Of a stretch of DNA of 64,000 nt, positions 1 through 11,512 are shown piece after piece. Where the stretch lies: contig CM060731.1 of NCBI GenBank assembly GCA_030704615.1, positions 20,336,001 to 20,400,000 on the forward strand, given 5' to 3'. The first letter of the stretch is position 1. Each line of letters opens with the position of its first letter. Source of the DNA: Takakia lepidozioides (lineage: Eukaryota > Plantae > Bryophyta). Under the pieces are notes generated by a model. That model was not told the origin of the DNA, made no database searches, and saw nothing but the letters and a program-made list of their open reading frames with translations. The translations under genes were made by a program, and so were the position numbers.

Positions 1-1
1 G

Positions 2-1198
2 GTGTGGTCTTGTTGCCAAGCTCGCAACTTCTTCCCAATGGTGGACTATATTTTTGCAGCCCACACTAACCTGGTTTTCCAGTGGGATGCCCTTCACGGT
101 GACGAGGATCCAGTCCTCCCATGCCGTAAGGGGTCTGATTCAAAGCCATTATATTTCAAGAACTTCTCTACAGTGTGGGCAGACTGGCCAGAATGGACTT
201 ATGAGGACACTGTTCTTGTTGACAACACACCAAGAAAGGCGGCAAACAATCCTCCCTTCAGTGGGATTTTTCCAGAGCCATGGAAGGTGCAACCAGATTC
301 ACCAACTGATGAGTATCTAACAGAGGTGTTGTGGCCTTTCTTGTGGAAGGCATCGAAAGCTGCCAGTATTCCCAAGTTTTTGGAGTCTCAGCCTGTTTTC
401 GGACAACAACCATACAACACTGCTACTGTGAAGGTACAAACATTCTGACAGTGCTCCAGAGGCTACAATTTTGTGGGTTCATTCATTGCATTGCTTTCCT
501 GGATGCTTCTCCTCGGTTGCTTGATTAATGCTAGGTTTTCTTTGCAGCTTTTCATGTTGGTTTTTTTTTGTTTGATTCATACTTGGATTTTGTTTCTATT
601 CACTATTCCTGTTTGCTCATTGCTTTCCTGGTTGTTCTCTGGTCTGTGACACAGGAACTTGTGACAAACAAAGGTGATATTGTCGACAAGCCGGTACAGG
701 CGAGGGGCAAGAGTGTCGACCCGGCGAGGGGCACCCCAAAAGAGGTCTCACCACCACTGGAGACTGCAAATGGAGTAAGTCCAGGCCGTTGTCTTGTTTG
801 TTTTATTTTTTCCAACCTTGGGGCTCTCTTTAATTCGCAAATGTTGAGTGTCCTAGTCGTGTGTATGTCATGGGTTTTCACATCGTGTTCTTTTTTGTGT
901 GGAGTTGGGATCACAGTTCAGGGTGGGTGACGAGGTTCGGCTATTGGATGTGAACTCCAAACGCAAGAAATGTGGAGTAGGGCTGATTGTTGCTCTTCAA
1001 GGTGCTGTGGTGGGTTACGGGTACCCTGCTGTGCCCCTTGATTATGCCTGTGTGTACATCAAAGAGGCATGTGTCAGTAACACCCCTCTACCATATGTGA
1101 ATGGTGTTAGGAAACAGACCGAGTTGGGGCAGGTGGTTGGCCAAACAACACTTTGGAGTCTAAAGTTACTGAAACTTATGGAGCTGCGGAAGGGATAG
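2..1198 (+). CDS. Spliced CACTA-borne ORF: FCP1/NIF (HAD-like) domain joined to Tnp1/En-Spm-like C-terminal domain; 5'-partial
   Basis: Exons 2-433, 655-774 and 917-1198 are joined by GT-AG phase-0 introns and stay in frame. Exon 1 has KPLYFKNF..W...DTVLVDNTPRKAANNPPFSGIFP (FCP1-like). Exon 3 has VGDEVRLL..VPLDYACVYI..TPLPY..ELGQVVGQTTLW (Tnp1-like). Confidence 0.7.
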
Positions 1199-1749
1199 TC
1201 AATATTGCACTGTTTAACATAGTTATTGATTCTAATAGCACTAGAACATACTAGCTACAACAATTCAGCCCATGTGTGGGCTTGCTTGTTTTTGGCTGGG
1301 CCTTTTGAGGCATGGATTTTTTGACCTTGTGGCTTTTGAGGTGTCCATTGGGACATTGGTCTCATTTGGATTTTTGTAATGTGATTTATAGGGCTTGTAT
1401 TGCCCTGTAGTTGACTATTTTCATTCTCCTTGTGGTTGATAGTATACAGGAGGGATCCATTCTGTTTTCATGTTGGAATTTCACCATGTAATGAAGATTT
1501 TAAATCATTTAATTCACTTTCATTTTAAATAATAATATTAAAAATAATACCATAAAAAAAAAATCCAAGGCTGCAATCTCCATGTTCTTTTAAATATTAA
1601 ATGAAAACTAAAAAATAAAATATAAACATTAAAAATATAAACTATTTCGGAAAACAATCTTAATGACACGTGGCATCACTCTTGCTCAAACCAGAACACG
1701 TGGCAGTATATGACACGACATTCTTTATCCATATTTTCACCACGTGTAA

Positions 1750-2345
1750 CGATCCGTAGTCATATATTTTGTCTGTGTGCCACATATCACATCTCAAGTG
1801 CAACAGGTGTCCCGCTAACAACTCTCCATGTAGACATCCCTGTAGTCATATGAGCAAGTCATGTAGTTACCATGTGTGAAATCTGCCATAGCACACGTGT
1901 CTCGCTAGCGCCTCTCCATGTAGGCATCACTGTGCAGACATGTAGTCATATGATCATGGCAAGAAGTCATGACATGTCAAATTCGCAGTGGTGTACGTGT
2001 CCATCCGTCGCCTCTCCATGTAGGCATCACTTTGCAGACATATAGTCATATGATCCCCTGACGAATGCATGACGTGTCGCTTGCGCAGTGGCGCACGTGT
2101 CCCACTGAAGCCTCTCCATGTAGGCAGCGCTCAACAGACAATGTAGTCATATATTAGTCATATAGTTGTGACTGCAACCCTCTCTGCAGCAGGATTCCAG
2201 GTGCCACGCAAGCAGTCACGGATATGACTTGCAAAACGCAGTCCTAAAGACTAGTCGCTATGACAGGGTTTTTTTCACTACAAAGTGATGTAGTCATGAA
2301 CGCATATAAGACTGAAAAAATAGTCATATGTGAAGTCATAAAAAC
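1750..2345. repeat. CACTA subterminal repeat array
   Basis: Four degenerate ~90-110 bp units (CACGTGTC...CTCTCCATGTAG...CAGACA..TAGTCATA) plus many TAGTCAT/ATGACT motifs in both orientations. Confidence 0.8.
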
Positions 2346-2362
2346 GCTCATCTGTTGTAGTG

Positions 2363-2700
2363 TAAGCAAAGGACAATGAAATGTGCATTTGCTGATCAGT
2401 TGAAACATTGGTCAACAAGTCAAATCCAAAGGCAAATACAAACAGATGTTCGAGCATGAAGATGTTGATATAATAGCTGATGATAGACTTGTGTTTGATG
2501 AAGTACCTGACGTGTACTTGGATTATACAATCGTAGGGGTGATGAGCCGTTGTCTAGCTGATATGGATATTAACAAGCCTGCTGATCTCCCAGATCTGAA
2601 TTGCAATCCAGATGGTGGGGACCTGCAGAAGCTAGATGATTTGATTGATCAACACACCTAGTCATTTGTTTGAGATTTTAGGCATTCTTTTATAAAGTTT
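2363..2700 (+). pseudogene. Possible hAT transposase C-terminal remnant
   Basis: Frame reading NVHLLIS*NIGQQVKSKGKYKQMFEHED followed by an acidic tail resembles hAT C-termini (VHxNLRLLSR...YK...MWD). Weak similarity only. Confidence 0.3.
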
Positions 2701-2767
2701 TTGGAATTTCGACATTTTTTCCCAAATTCTCACTTAATTATTAGGCATATTCATTTCTAGTTATTTA

Positions 2768-3156
2768 GTGCCGGATCAGCCCTCCCACTACGGTAGATTA
2801 GGATAACAGACTGAGCTGGCACTTTTCTATGGCTTAGCTGGAATGACATCTGAGTAGCTTATGTGTAATGGCCACATGGCCTGAGGATTAGGTGACGTTC
2901 TAATACTACTTAAACCTATGTGCGAAGGCAAACCGGGTAGTGGATTTGATCTCACAAGATGTACGGTGCATGTGTTGGATTTGGTACTACGAGCTTGCAT
3001 ATGATTTGGATGAACGTTTGAACTCAGTGAGCTTAATTTGTTAGTGGTGATTCCGTCCTATCTAGCAAGGTCCGTTCTACAAAGCTACAACCCAGAGCTA
3101 CAACCCCTGTGTTGGTAATTCCTGGACGAAAGGGGGAATAAACCCCGGCCCGGACT
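2768..3156 (+). repeat. 5' LTR
   Basis: Aligns with 8335-8673 (TAGATTAGGATAA...GGACGAAAGGGGGAATAAACCCC) and is followed by the PBS. Exact 5' boundary uncertain. Confidence 0.75.
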
Positions 3157-3158
3157 CT

Positions 3159-3174
3159 TGGTGGAGATGGGGGG
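3159..3174 (+). promoter_or_regulatory. Primer-binding site complementary to the tRNA-Ala 3' end
   Basis: TGGTGGAGATGGGGGG just 3' of the LTR; tRNA-Ala ends ...CCCGCATCTCCACCA. Confidence 0.7.
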
Positions 3175-4274
3175 CAACTGAATCGCTACTGTCAACGGAT
3201 GAAACTAATCATTTTGCGGTAACTGTTTGTGACAAGGAGAATAAGGTACAGTTGCCAGGGCGCAATGGCGGCGCTCTCTACTCCTTGTCTTTTGTGAGCT
3301 TACTGCTAACTTCTGTGAGCTTGTGAAGAACGTATTTGCAGATAGCTATGGCGTCGTCTTCTAACTCTGAGTCGATTGTCCCTGAAGTCACTCCGGAACG
3401 CGACTTTGAACTGACTTTCATTCACGAACTACAAGTGCGTTTGTGTGAAGATATTATCCGGTACGCTACATTTGACAAAAACGAGCCCTAGCCGCGTGAA
3501 GAAATCGAGCTTGACACCCCCTCGGATTTTTGGGTTGCCAAGTTTGAGGCAGAGGCTGCGGAGGAAGCGGCCAATGAGGTGACAACTCCGGCCCAAAAAC
3601 GTGAGCAAAAATGCAAGGTGGAACGAGCTCTACAAGGCGCTTGGGCTGGGAAGTTGCTCCAAGTTCTGCATGCGGATGAGATTGCTGCGAAGTTGCCTTT
3701 TTCCTATGCTCAAGGAGTGCATGCATGGTGGTGAACTGTTCAGTTGGGCGGAGGTGGGCATCCCCCAGTTTACTGTCTCCAAGGATGTGCACACTGACCT
3801 TGAAAGTTTTGCTTTTCCACACAAAGTTTCTAGTCCATTGAGGTTGTGGGAGTTTATCAGGGGAAAGAGTGCCATTTAATTTGCTAATCTACAGCCTGTT
3901 GGTATTGTTTCTTCAACACCCGAGCCCGCCTGGGAAGAGGTAGTTGCTGGAGTACTTGCACAACGCTTTTCGCATAGTGCGTCGGATGTTGTTGTCTTCC
4001 TTGGCAGGAACTCCAAGCAAGAGCGATTGGGTTTGACTCAATTGGCAGAAGCTCCCAGCTAGTACCCTCCTCATACCCTAGTGGTCAAGGAAAGAACTGT
4101 CTGCACGGTGGTGAAAGTATCATTTTGGCTCAAGACTGACAGAGAAGTCTGGCAGCAGTTGGGCGAGGCAGTGTATCTGCTGCCCAAGTATCGTTACATC
4201 AGTAGTCATTGTGTGGTGGATTGGGAAGACTACATACAGGCTCCGTCTGACCGGAGGTAAGCTGTGTTTGGTCC

Positions 4275-5093
4275 TTGCTCATGCCAGTCTACACTAGAGC
4301 CATGTTGGAAAAGAAGGCAGAGGAGATGGTAGGGTTAAGTGAGCTGGAAGCCCGTAGAGAGAGAGAGTTAGCCGCTGAACATAATGAGGGTACTCAAGGT
4401 GAAACATCTACTGGTAATGTGAGGGCAGAAAAGGATAAAGCTACCCATGAACCAGCCTTGGAGGTAGAAGAATTATGTGAGGCCATGGGTGTCATATCAA
4501 ACTGTTCTCCTTTCTTGAAGATGTTGATTAACCAGAATACTCCTATGGTGACTGTAAGTAAGCCCGTTGACTCTGCTGCCAGAATGCACAAACAACCATA
4601 CCCTGAATATGACTTGGGTGAGGATTTTGAATCCTATTTGGAGTTTTTTGACATCGGCAAGGAAATCAACTCAATTTCCCACCGATTCATTGTTAAAACC
4701 TTTTGTGTTTGTTTGAAAGGTGAGGCTCGCAAAATCCTTGAGTCCAACATTAAGGGCAAAAATGAGCTGACTTGGGATGAGGCTAGAGAATTAGTAGGTA
4801 AATTGTTTCGTGAAGCCAAGCCAATAGCTTACACTGTTCCTGAGCTAACCTTCGTCTCTGGTGACAGTTTGTGGAAATACTACACTGATCTTCGCACATC
4901 AGAATGTAAGGCTATTGATGATCCCTCTGAACGACCGGCCATCCTGAAACATTGTTTCATCAAGGGATTACCTCCAGCAGAAAGAGTGTTTTTGCAGAAA
5001 CAACGCTATCATCATCTTAGTATGGTTCGGGTGATAGATCTTAAACTCCAATCTGCTAAGGGGCTGGAAGTCACCATTGCACACAGCCTATGA
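4275..5093 (+). pseudogene. Retrotransposon gag (capsid-like) fragment running into truncated protease
   Basis: PEYDLGEDFESYLEFF...LKGEARK...TWDEARELVGKLF...FIKGLP. The C-terminal protease remnant (QFLLGRLDWM) lies at ~5115-5290. Confidence 0.75.
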
Positions 5094-5489
5094 GCCGCTT
5101 GCAGGTTTGGTCACTTGCCAATTAGGATTAGTGGAAAGACTGTAGTTCTAACTTGCATTGTCACACTGGGTGAACAATTTTTGCTGGGTCGATTAGACTG
5201 GATGAAAGGGGCAGAGGCCGGTATTGACGTGCTGGACAATATTATATGGCTGCATAACGGTGAGGGCAACCCATATAAGGTAAGCCTTGCCCCTGTCTCA
5301 CTTGCTGCGGGTACCTCCATGGCAAACTTCGCTAAGTTGAAGATGCAGGCAACCAATATGCGTGAGTAGGTGGGTTTACACTACAATTGGTCCCGATTCA
5401 GTCAATTTGCTGATGATACCTGTTTACATCAGTGGCAATCCCCCCCCCCCCCAAGGTAAGAAGGGAGGCTCTCCCTTGCCTGTGCCGAA

Positions 5490-5760
5490 AAACTCTTTAT
5501 TGCTACGCTCACCAATTGATTTTGTGATCCATGCTTTCTCTCAACGCATAGTAATTACGTTGCTGGCTTATGTGTGTCCCAAAGGTCACTTCCTTGAAGT
5601 CGAGGGGTGGAAGAAATTAACCTTGCAAAAACATTGCTTAGTTGCAGCAATACTCATAGATCGGGGTTTCAAGGGTGAAGTATGCTTACTCATCGCTAAC
5701 CCTGAACGTATCAATGTGACTGTGAGGAAGGGCCAGGTGCTTGCTCGTTTATCAGCTCTG
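5490..5760 (+). pseudogene. dUTPase-like domain between protease and RT
   Basis: LLLRSPIDFVI...PKGHFLEVEG..KLTLQKHCLVAAILIDRGFKGEVCLLIAN....VTVRKGQVLARL matches the spacing of trimeric dUTPase motifs 1-4 (motif 3 consensus GVIDxDYRGE). Confidence 0.65.
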
Positions 5761-5999
5761 CCTCCCTCAGATCTCTCCTCTGTTCGGGGTGCTTTACATT
5801 TATATAACATAGGGTTGGTGGATTCTCCGGTGGATCAGCTACAATCGTTTGCTGCTCATAAGGGGCCAGCTGCTTCCCCAAGCCACAACCCAGAGCCAGA
5901 GGTTCACTTCTAGCAAGTTATACATGATATTAAGGTAGGGGATCACCTTACTCCTGATCAAAAGCTTCAGCTTCATGAATTCATTCGTCGTAACCTGGA

Positions 6000-7960
6000 C
6001 GTGTTTAGCAAATGACCTCATGACTTGGGCAGAACTGAGATCCCCCAGCATGATATTGTCACTGATGGCAAGCCAATTAAGCAATACGCCTATCGAGAAA
6101 GTGTACGAGAACGCAAGGTCAAGAGGAAATTTCTCGCATGCTTGACGCAGGTGTGATCACCCCCTCTATCTCACCTTGGGCTAGTCCAATCGTTTTAGTT
6201 GGAAAGAAAGATGGTTGAACCAGATTCTGTGTTGATTTTCGTCGATTAAATGATATTACCAAGAAAGACGTTTACCCTTTGCCACTCATTAATGAGACAT
6301 TGACTAGCTGAATGGTGCTACCATATTCTCTTCGTTGGATCTGGAAGCATGATTTTGGCAAGTCCCTTTGACTGCTACTGCCAAGGAAAAAACTGCATTT
6401 ATTTGTAGGATGGGCATGTACTAGTTCGAAACCATGCCATTTGGGCTGTGTAATGCCACTGCAACCTTCCAAAGGCTCATGGATGTCGTCTTAGGGAACC
6501 TCAGATGGGAATGCGTGCTGGTCTATATCGATGATATCGATGTTTATTCCACGACCTTCGAAGCTCACCTGTTGGATTTGCAAAAGGTGGTGTGTAGACT
6601 CAGGGCTGCAGGTCTGAAAGTTAAGGATAAAAAGTGTGACTTTTGCATGGAGCAGTTGCACTTCCTTGGGCATTTGTTGTCTGCTGCAGGCATTAGTCCC
6701 GACCCCAGCAAGATACAGGCAGTATGGGACTACCCTGTCCTAAAGATAAGCAATGCGTTGACCAAAGGACTGAGCTTATGCTTTACAGTCTGCATACAAC
6801 CTTATATACAGCCAACTGAATATGAAGTCAGGGATCTTGAAAGGGAGACAACGGGGCAGACGTCACTTCCTATTCACCTGCATATCCAAGCTCCTCATGA
6901 GGCAAGTGAACTATCACTTACCCACCCACCGGGAAAGTGAAGGGAGGTTGTTCAGGATGAATGCTTTGGAAGATATATCTACTATGGAAGTCCCTCCTAG
7001 GTCAACTGTCCCTACCTTCCTTGAATTATATCATGCCTCTACATTCGCTGGTCATTTGGGGGTTACAAAGACAGTCAAACGATTACATGAACAATATCAC
7101 TGGAAAGGGTTAGTAAAAGACGTCTCAGCTTTCATTGCAAGATGTGTACCCTATCATGCTAAGATCATACTGCCTAGAACCGAGGCACCACTTCCCTTAT
7201 AGCCCTTTTACAGCCAATCCCTGTCACTGAACCTTTTGTAAAGGTTAGGCTTAGATCTAGTTGGACCTCTTAAACCCATGTTCAAGGGTCATGCATACCT
7301 TGCTGTAGCTACGGATTACCTAACGAAATGGGTTGAGCTCAGACCTCTGTTTGTTGAGGACAGTGATGATGTAGTACAATTCTTCTTTGATAAGGTGATT
7401 CTCTACCATTGATGCCCTCTTGAGATCATCACGGATCAAGGTACTGAATTCTGCAACCAACTTATGGAGATTGTGTGCTTTAATTTGAATACGAAACATG
7501 CTGTGACTGCTCCCTATAGCCCCCAATGCAATGGCTTGACGGAACGTTTTAACAAAACCATGTGTCAGATGCTGGAGAAAAATGTGGCTCTTATCGACAA
7601 GTGAGACATAGCCATTCCAATTTTTTTGTTTGCCTACCGCACTTCCATCCAGGTTAGTACTAAGATCTCGCCTTTTGAATTGCTGTATGATCGGAAATGC
7701 CGTATTCCCTTGCATATTTCCTGGCTGCAAGTTTCTGCCACTGAGCCTGAAAATTTGGAGGAATTCTTGCTAACTATGGATGCCAAGTGTCGCGTTTGCG
7801 TGAGACTGCCAAGTCTAATATTGTTTTTGTTCAGGCCTCTCAAGCAAAACATTATAATCGCAGGGTGGTTTACTGCGAAGCTTTTAAGGTTGGGCAATCT
7901 GTTTGTGTAAGGTTGCAACTAGATAAACTAGTTTCTAAAGCCAAACGCTGAATCGATGGT
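6000..7960 (+). pseudogene. Gypsy RT and integrase remnants; RNase H apparently deleted
   Basis: [47 protein letters not shown]; HHCC-type YHASTFAGHLG; integrase core IITDQGTEF...PYSPQCNGLTER. Confidence 0.9.
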
Positions 7961-8334
7961 CCACTTGATTTCTGAGATCCTGCCTAGTAGTCAGTATGTA
8001 CTCTTGCCTCAACATGCTTCTACTCCTGCTAGTTATGTACATGTCTCCTTGTTAGTTCTCTGCACACTGACGTTTGACTTAATTTGTTACCGTTAGTATA
8101 GTTTGAGTTCTTTTTTTTTGAATTCATAGCTCGCAGGAGGCTCGCTGATCTAGTGGGGCCAGCATGCCTCACATATGTGAAGGTAGGATTTCTCCTCACC
8201 TATTTTTTGGTCTTAGATAAATGTACACCGGATGAAGCCCAGATGAACTGCTACGTTGATGTAACTAGGATGAGCTGGTACAACTAAAGGTATTAATATA
8301 TACTTGTCTTTTTTAAACAGCTAGTTTCTTTGGA

Positions 8335-8675
8335 TTAGATTAGGATAATAGACTGAGCTAGCACTTTTCTATGGCTCAGCTCGAATGGCCGCATCTGAGT
8401 AGCCTATGTATAATGGCCACATGGCCTGAGGATTAGGTGATGTTCTAATACTATTTAAACCTATGCGCGAAGGCAAACCGGGTGGTGGATTTGATCTCAC
8501 AAGTGTATAGTGCATGTGTTGGATTTGGTACTTTGAGCTTGCATATGATTTGGATGAACGTTTGAACTCAGTGAGCTTTGTTAGTGGTGATTCTGTCTTA
8601 TCTAGCAAGGTCCGTTCTATAGAGCTACAACCCTTGTGTCGGTAATTCTCGGACGAAAGGGGGAATAAACCCCCC
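8335..8675 (+). repeat. 3' LTR (alignable part)
   Basis: Direct repeat of 2795-3146; may extend left to ~8225. Confidence 0.75.
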
Positions 8676-8906
8676 ACCCCCCAATCTTGCCTCATAGTGT
8701 GGAGACGGAGATATATTGTTCAACATTCTCCTCAAGTCCCATTCTCGTCTGCGTTCTTCTCTCTATCGTCTCTGCAGAGCCCTTCTCATATTCTCGCTTA
8801 AGGAGAGGCTGGGATTTACGCGCAAGTGTTCATCTTGGCCTCCCATTCTTCTTATCTAGATCAGTATACTTAGCAAAACATTGAAAAACATAGGGCGAGA
8901 CCAGGG

Positions 8907-10016
8907 ATGGACTCGACAATGTGGAGCAAGCTCCCTTCCGAGTTGTTGGAGTGTCATGTGTTGCCATTCCTACCATACGGACGACTTCAGCGATTTCGCC
9001 GTGTGTGCAAGCGATGAAATGTGCTTATTTGGGATCCATGCTTCTTGGCGCTTCGCAAGCCTGGGAGATATGGGCAATGCTTTATGTTTTGCGCGGATCT
9101 CAAAGTGCAAGTTTTTGATCCATTTGTTGGTGGCTGGACAAGCATCGACCTATTACAACGCCTGCGACAGCAATGGAGTGAATTTGGTTACCCGGTGTGG
9201 CACTATCTTGTGTCAGCGGCAAGAGGTCTATTCTTGATCGCGTCACGAACAGACGCTCGTCATGGTCAGTACACCGTGTGCAACCCTATGTCAAAATGCT
9301 GCAGACCACTGCCCTCGAGAAGCTGCTTGGTCGATGCTGCATTGGTGCAGTTGGTGGTGCACGAGGAGGGCTCCTACAAGGTCCTTATGATAGAGAAGTC
9401 ATGCAAAATGTATGTGTATGACTCAATCTCGAACTGTTGGAATAAACTTGCTAGCATGCCTGTACATGGTAATCGGAGCGAGCGAGCATTGAATTCAATA
9501 AGAAGCGTTATGTGTGGTGATGTTCTGTACGCCGTCTCTTACATACGTGACTCAGAGATACCCGGGAGATTGCTAGCATACAACATGACGAGTGGTGTCT
9601 GGACTGATACATGGATGCCCACTGCTTGTGTATACAGTCCCCGATACCTCGTAGGGAGCAGTGGGCGCCTCTTTCTGGTTGGCCCTACTGGCCGTTTAGG
9701 GTTGCCACCTTGTGACATCCCAAAAGGCATAGGTTTGTGGGAATTAACGTTCTCCACCAGACAGTGGAAGGAGGTAGGGACAATTCCAGATCAGTTGTGT
9801 GAGGAACTATTCGAACATCACTTGAAAAGAGGGCGTTGGTGGAACGCTATAGGGTGTGATGGTCTCATCTTGTTCAAGACTGATCAGGCACGGACGTTGG
9901 TGTATAACTTGTGGCAAGCATCGTGGGGCTGGCTTCCTCTTGCCCCGAACACAACAGTCTTGCAAGCTTCAGAGTGTGGTTTTGTTAGCCATCTTAGTTT
10001 AGACAGAAATGTGTAG
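8907..10016 (+). pseudogene. Intronless F-box/kelch-type protein with a premature stop in the F-box
   Basis: ATG 8907 reads MDSTMWSKLPSELLECHVLPFLP...RFRRVCKR*, with TGA 9015-9017 at the conserved W. The frame continues into VCNPMSK, VYDSISNCW, LLAYNM, WELT propeller repeats. Confidence 0.8.
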
Positions 10017-11512
10017 TTTTGTGAATAGTGTAGAACTAGTAGAGCTACTAAACATGGGTATTTTATATAAGAAAATTTCCTCTGATCTTTGCTCCTATTT
10101 GCAAAGGCAAAGAGCATACTAGCATTTCATTGCCTGTCACTGCTCTTACTAATGAAATTCTGTTAGCAGTTTTGCGGGTTCTTGTTTCTGTTTGTGGATT
10201 TTAACATGATATTGGAAGACATTATTGACTATAATGAGGGGTGCATTTTGGGTCTTCGAGATCTCAGATCCTGCAAGGATGAGCAGCTGTAAGGTGTCCC
10301 ATGTAATTTATGTTGCTCCAATATCAGGTTGTGATGTTTGAGTTTCTGGTAGTGACAATACAGGTCTTGGTCAGGTCATCAGTATGCGCTTTCCCATGGC
10401 TTCCATAAGACCACAAAATAGTGTGAAATGGAAGCCATGAAAAAATGGATACCTACTGGTCCAGACAACAATTACAGCAAGTGAACTGTTACATTCACTC
10501 GCAGCAGTCACAATTCTGAAATCGAACCACAGTTGTGTGCATCTAAGTTCACTCTGCATGCACAGTTAATAATATAGACAAGGAGAGTAAGAGCAAAGCA
10601 CAATGATTCCCTCTTTACAACTTCCTCTAATATAGAAGAAATTCCCAAAATCTGAATTTGCTCCTGTGACTCACATGGAATGAGCGAGAAAGCAAAACAG
10701 GCAGAAAAAAAATCTTTGTTCACAAATTTCTAGAAAAGCTCAAAGTGACATGGATGGAACATGTGGCTCTGGCCTAGAGATGGTGTAACCAGCTGGAACC
10801 ACCAGCTCAGCAAAGTTGGAAGAAGTTTGCTTCAAAATGCCCTAAGAAATACACAGAATTTTGGAGCAGGTTTCAAGGTGTTCAAAGAAAGTGCAGGGGT
10901 GCAAATGTATGAACAGAAGGATGGATTGATGTCTCTGACCATCCTGCCTTGAGTTTATTGAAGGCAGCCTTTGCCAAATACAAATGTTTTACTGGCCCAA
11001 ACAGAAATTAGTTTATCTGCCTGCGCAAGCCCTGCGAATGATCTTCAAATTTGTAAAGCCCTTTCTCTTGCAACTTCAAATGTTACCCTAGCATGCGCTG
11101 CCCGGAATATCTTGTTCAGGCACTTTGCAGATGCAAGACAATGAAGTCACCACAAAAGGGACATGCGGCCATGTGTACTAATAGCCTGCAAAGAAAAGAG
11201 CTGGACATGGAAAATGGTGAAGGATCACCATGCTGGTCTCCACACGCATGCAAACTCTCTTACATGGGGTCGTCCAAACCAGAGATATTATGTGAATATG
11301 AAATTTCACTTAAATTTCAGAAATGACTTAAATTTCAGAAATGCGACGGCAAGCTACTGGTAGTTGATTGCTTGCAATCATTGCTCAGGCCAAACTACAT
11401 AAACTAACTTTTTTTCAACTAAAATGCAATCTACAAATATGAGAAGGACCAAGACCCTTTTACCCCACCATATCAACCACCACAAAAAAAGCAGTGGATT
11501 AGGCAAGCATGG

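Larger units (their letters stand above)
1..2362 (+). mobile_element. CACTA (En/Spm) DNA transposon, 3' part (left end outside window)
   Basis: Ends ...CTCATCTGTTGTAGTG at 2362 (reverse complement CACTACAACAGATGAG). Dense subterminal repeats (TAGTCAT/ATGACT motifs; ~100-bp units containing CTCTCCATGTAG) at ~1750-2345. Internal Tnp1/En-Spm-like coding exon. Confidence 0.85.
2768..8675 (+). mobile_element. Degenerate Ty3/Gypsy LTR retrotransposon with dUTPase-like domain
   Basis: Diverged direct repeats at ~2795-3146 and ~8335-8673; PBS at 3159. Domain order is gag, protease remnant, dUTPase-like, RT (YIDDI), integrase, with many stops and frameshifts. Confidence 0.9.

Noticed and set aside
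1750-2345. CRISPR-like repeat-spacer array
   Set aside because: Eukaryotic context, degenerate units with homologous spacers, no cas genes; explained by CACTA subterminal repeats.
2276-2362. 87-bp mini-CACTA (CACTACA...TGTAGTG)
   Set aside because: No matching 3-bp TSD; the internal CACTACA looks like a variant of the subterminal motif.
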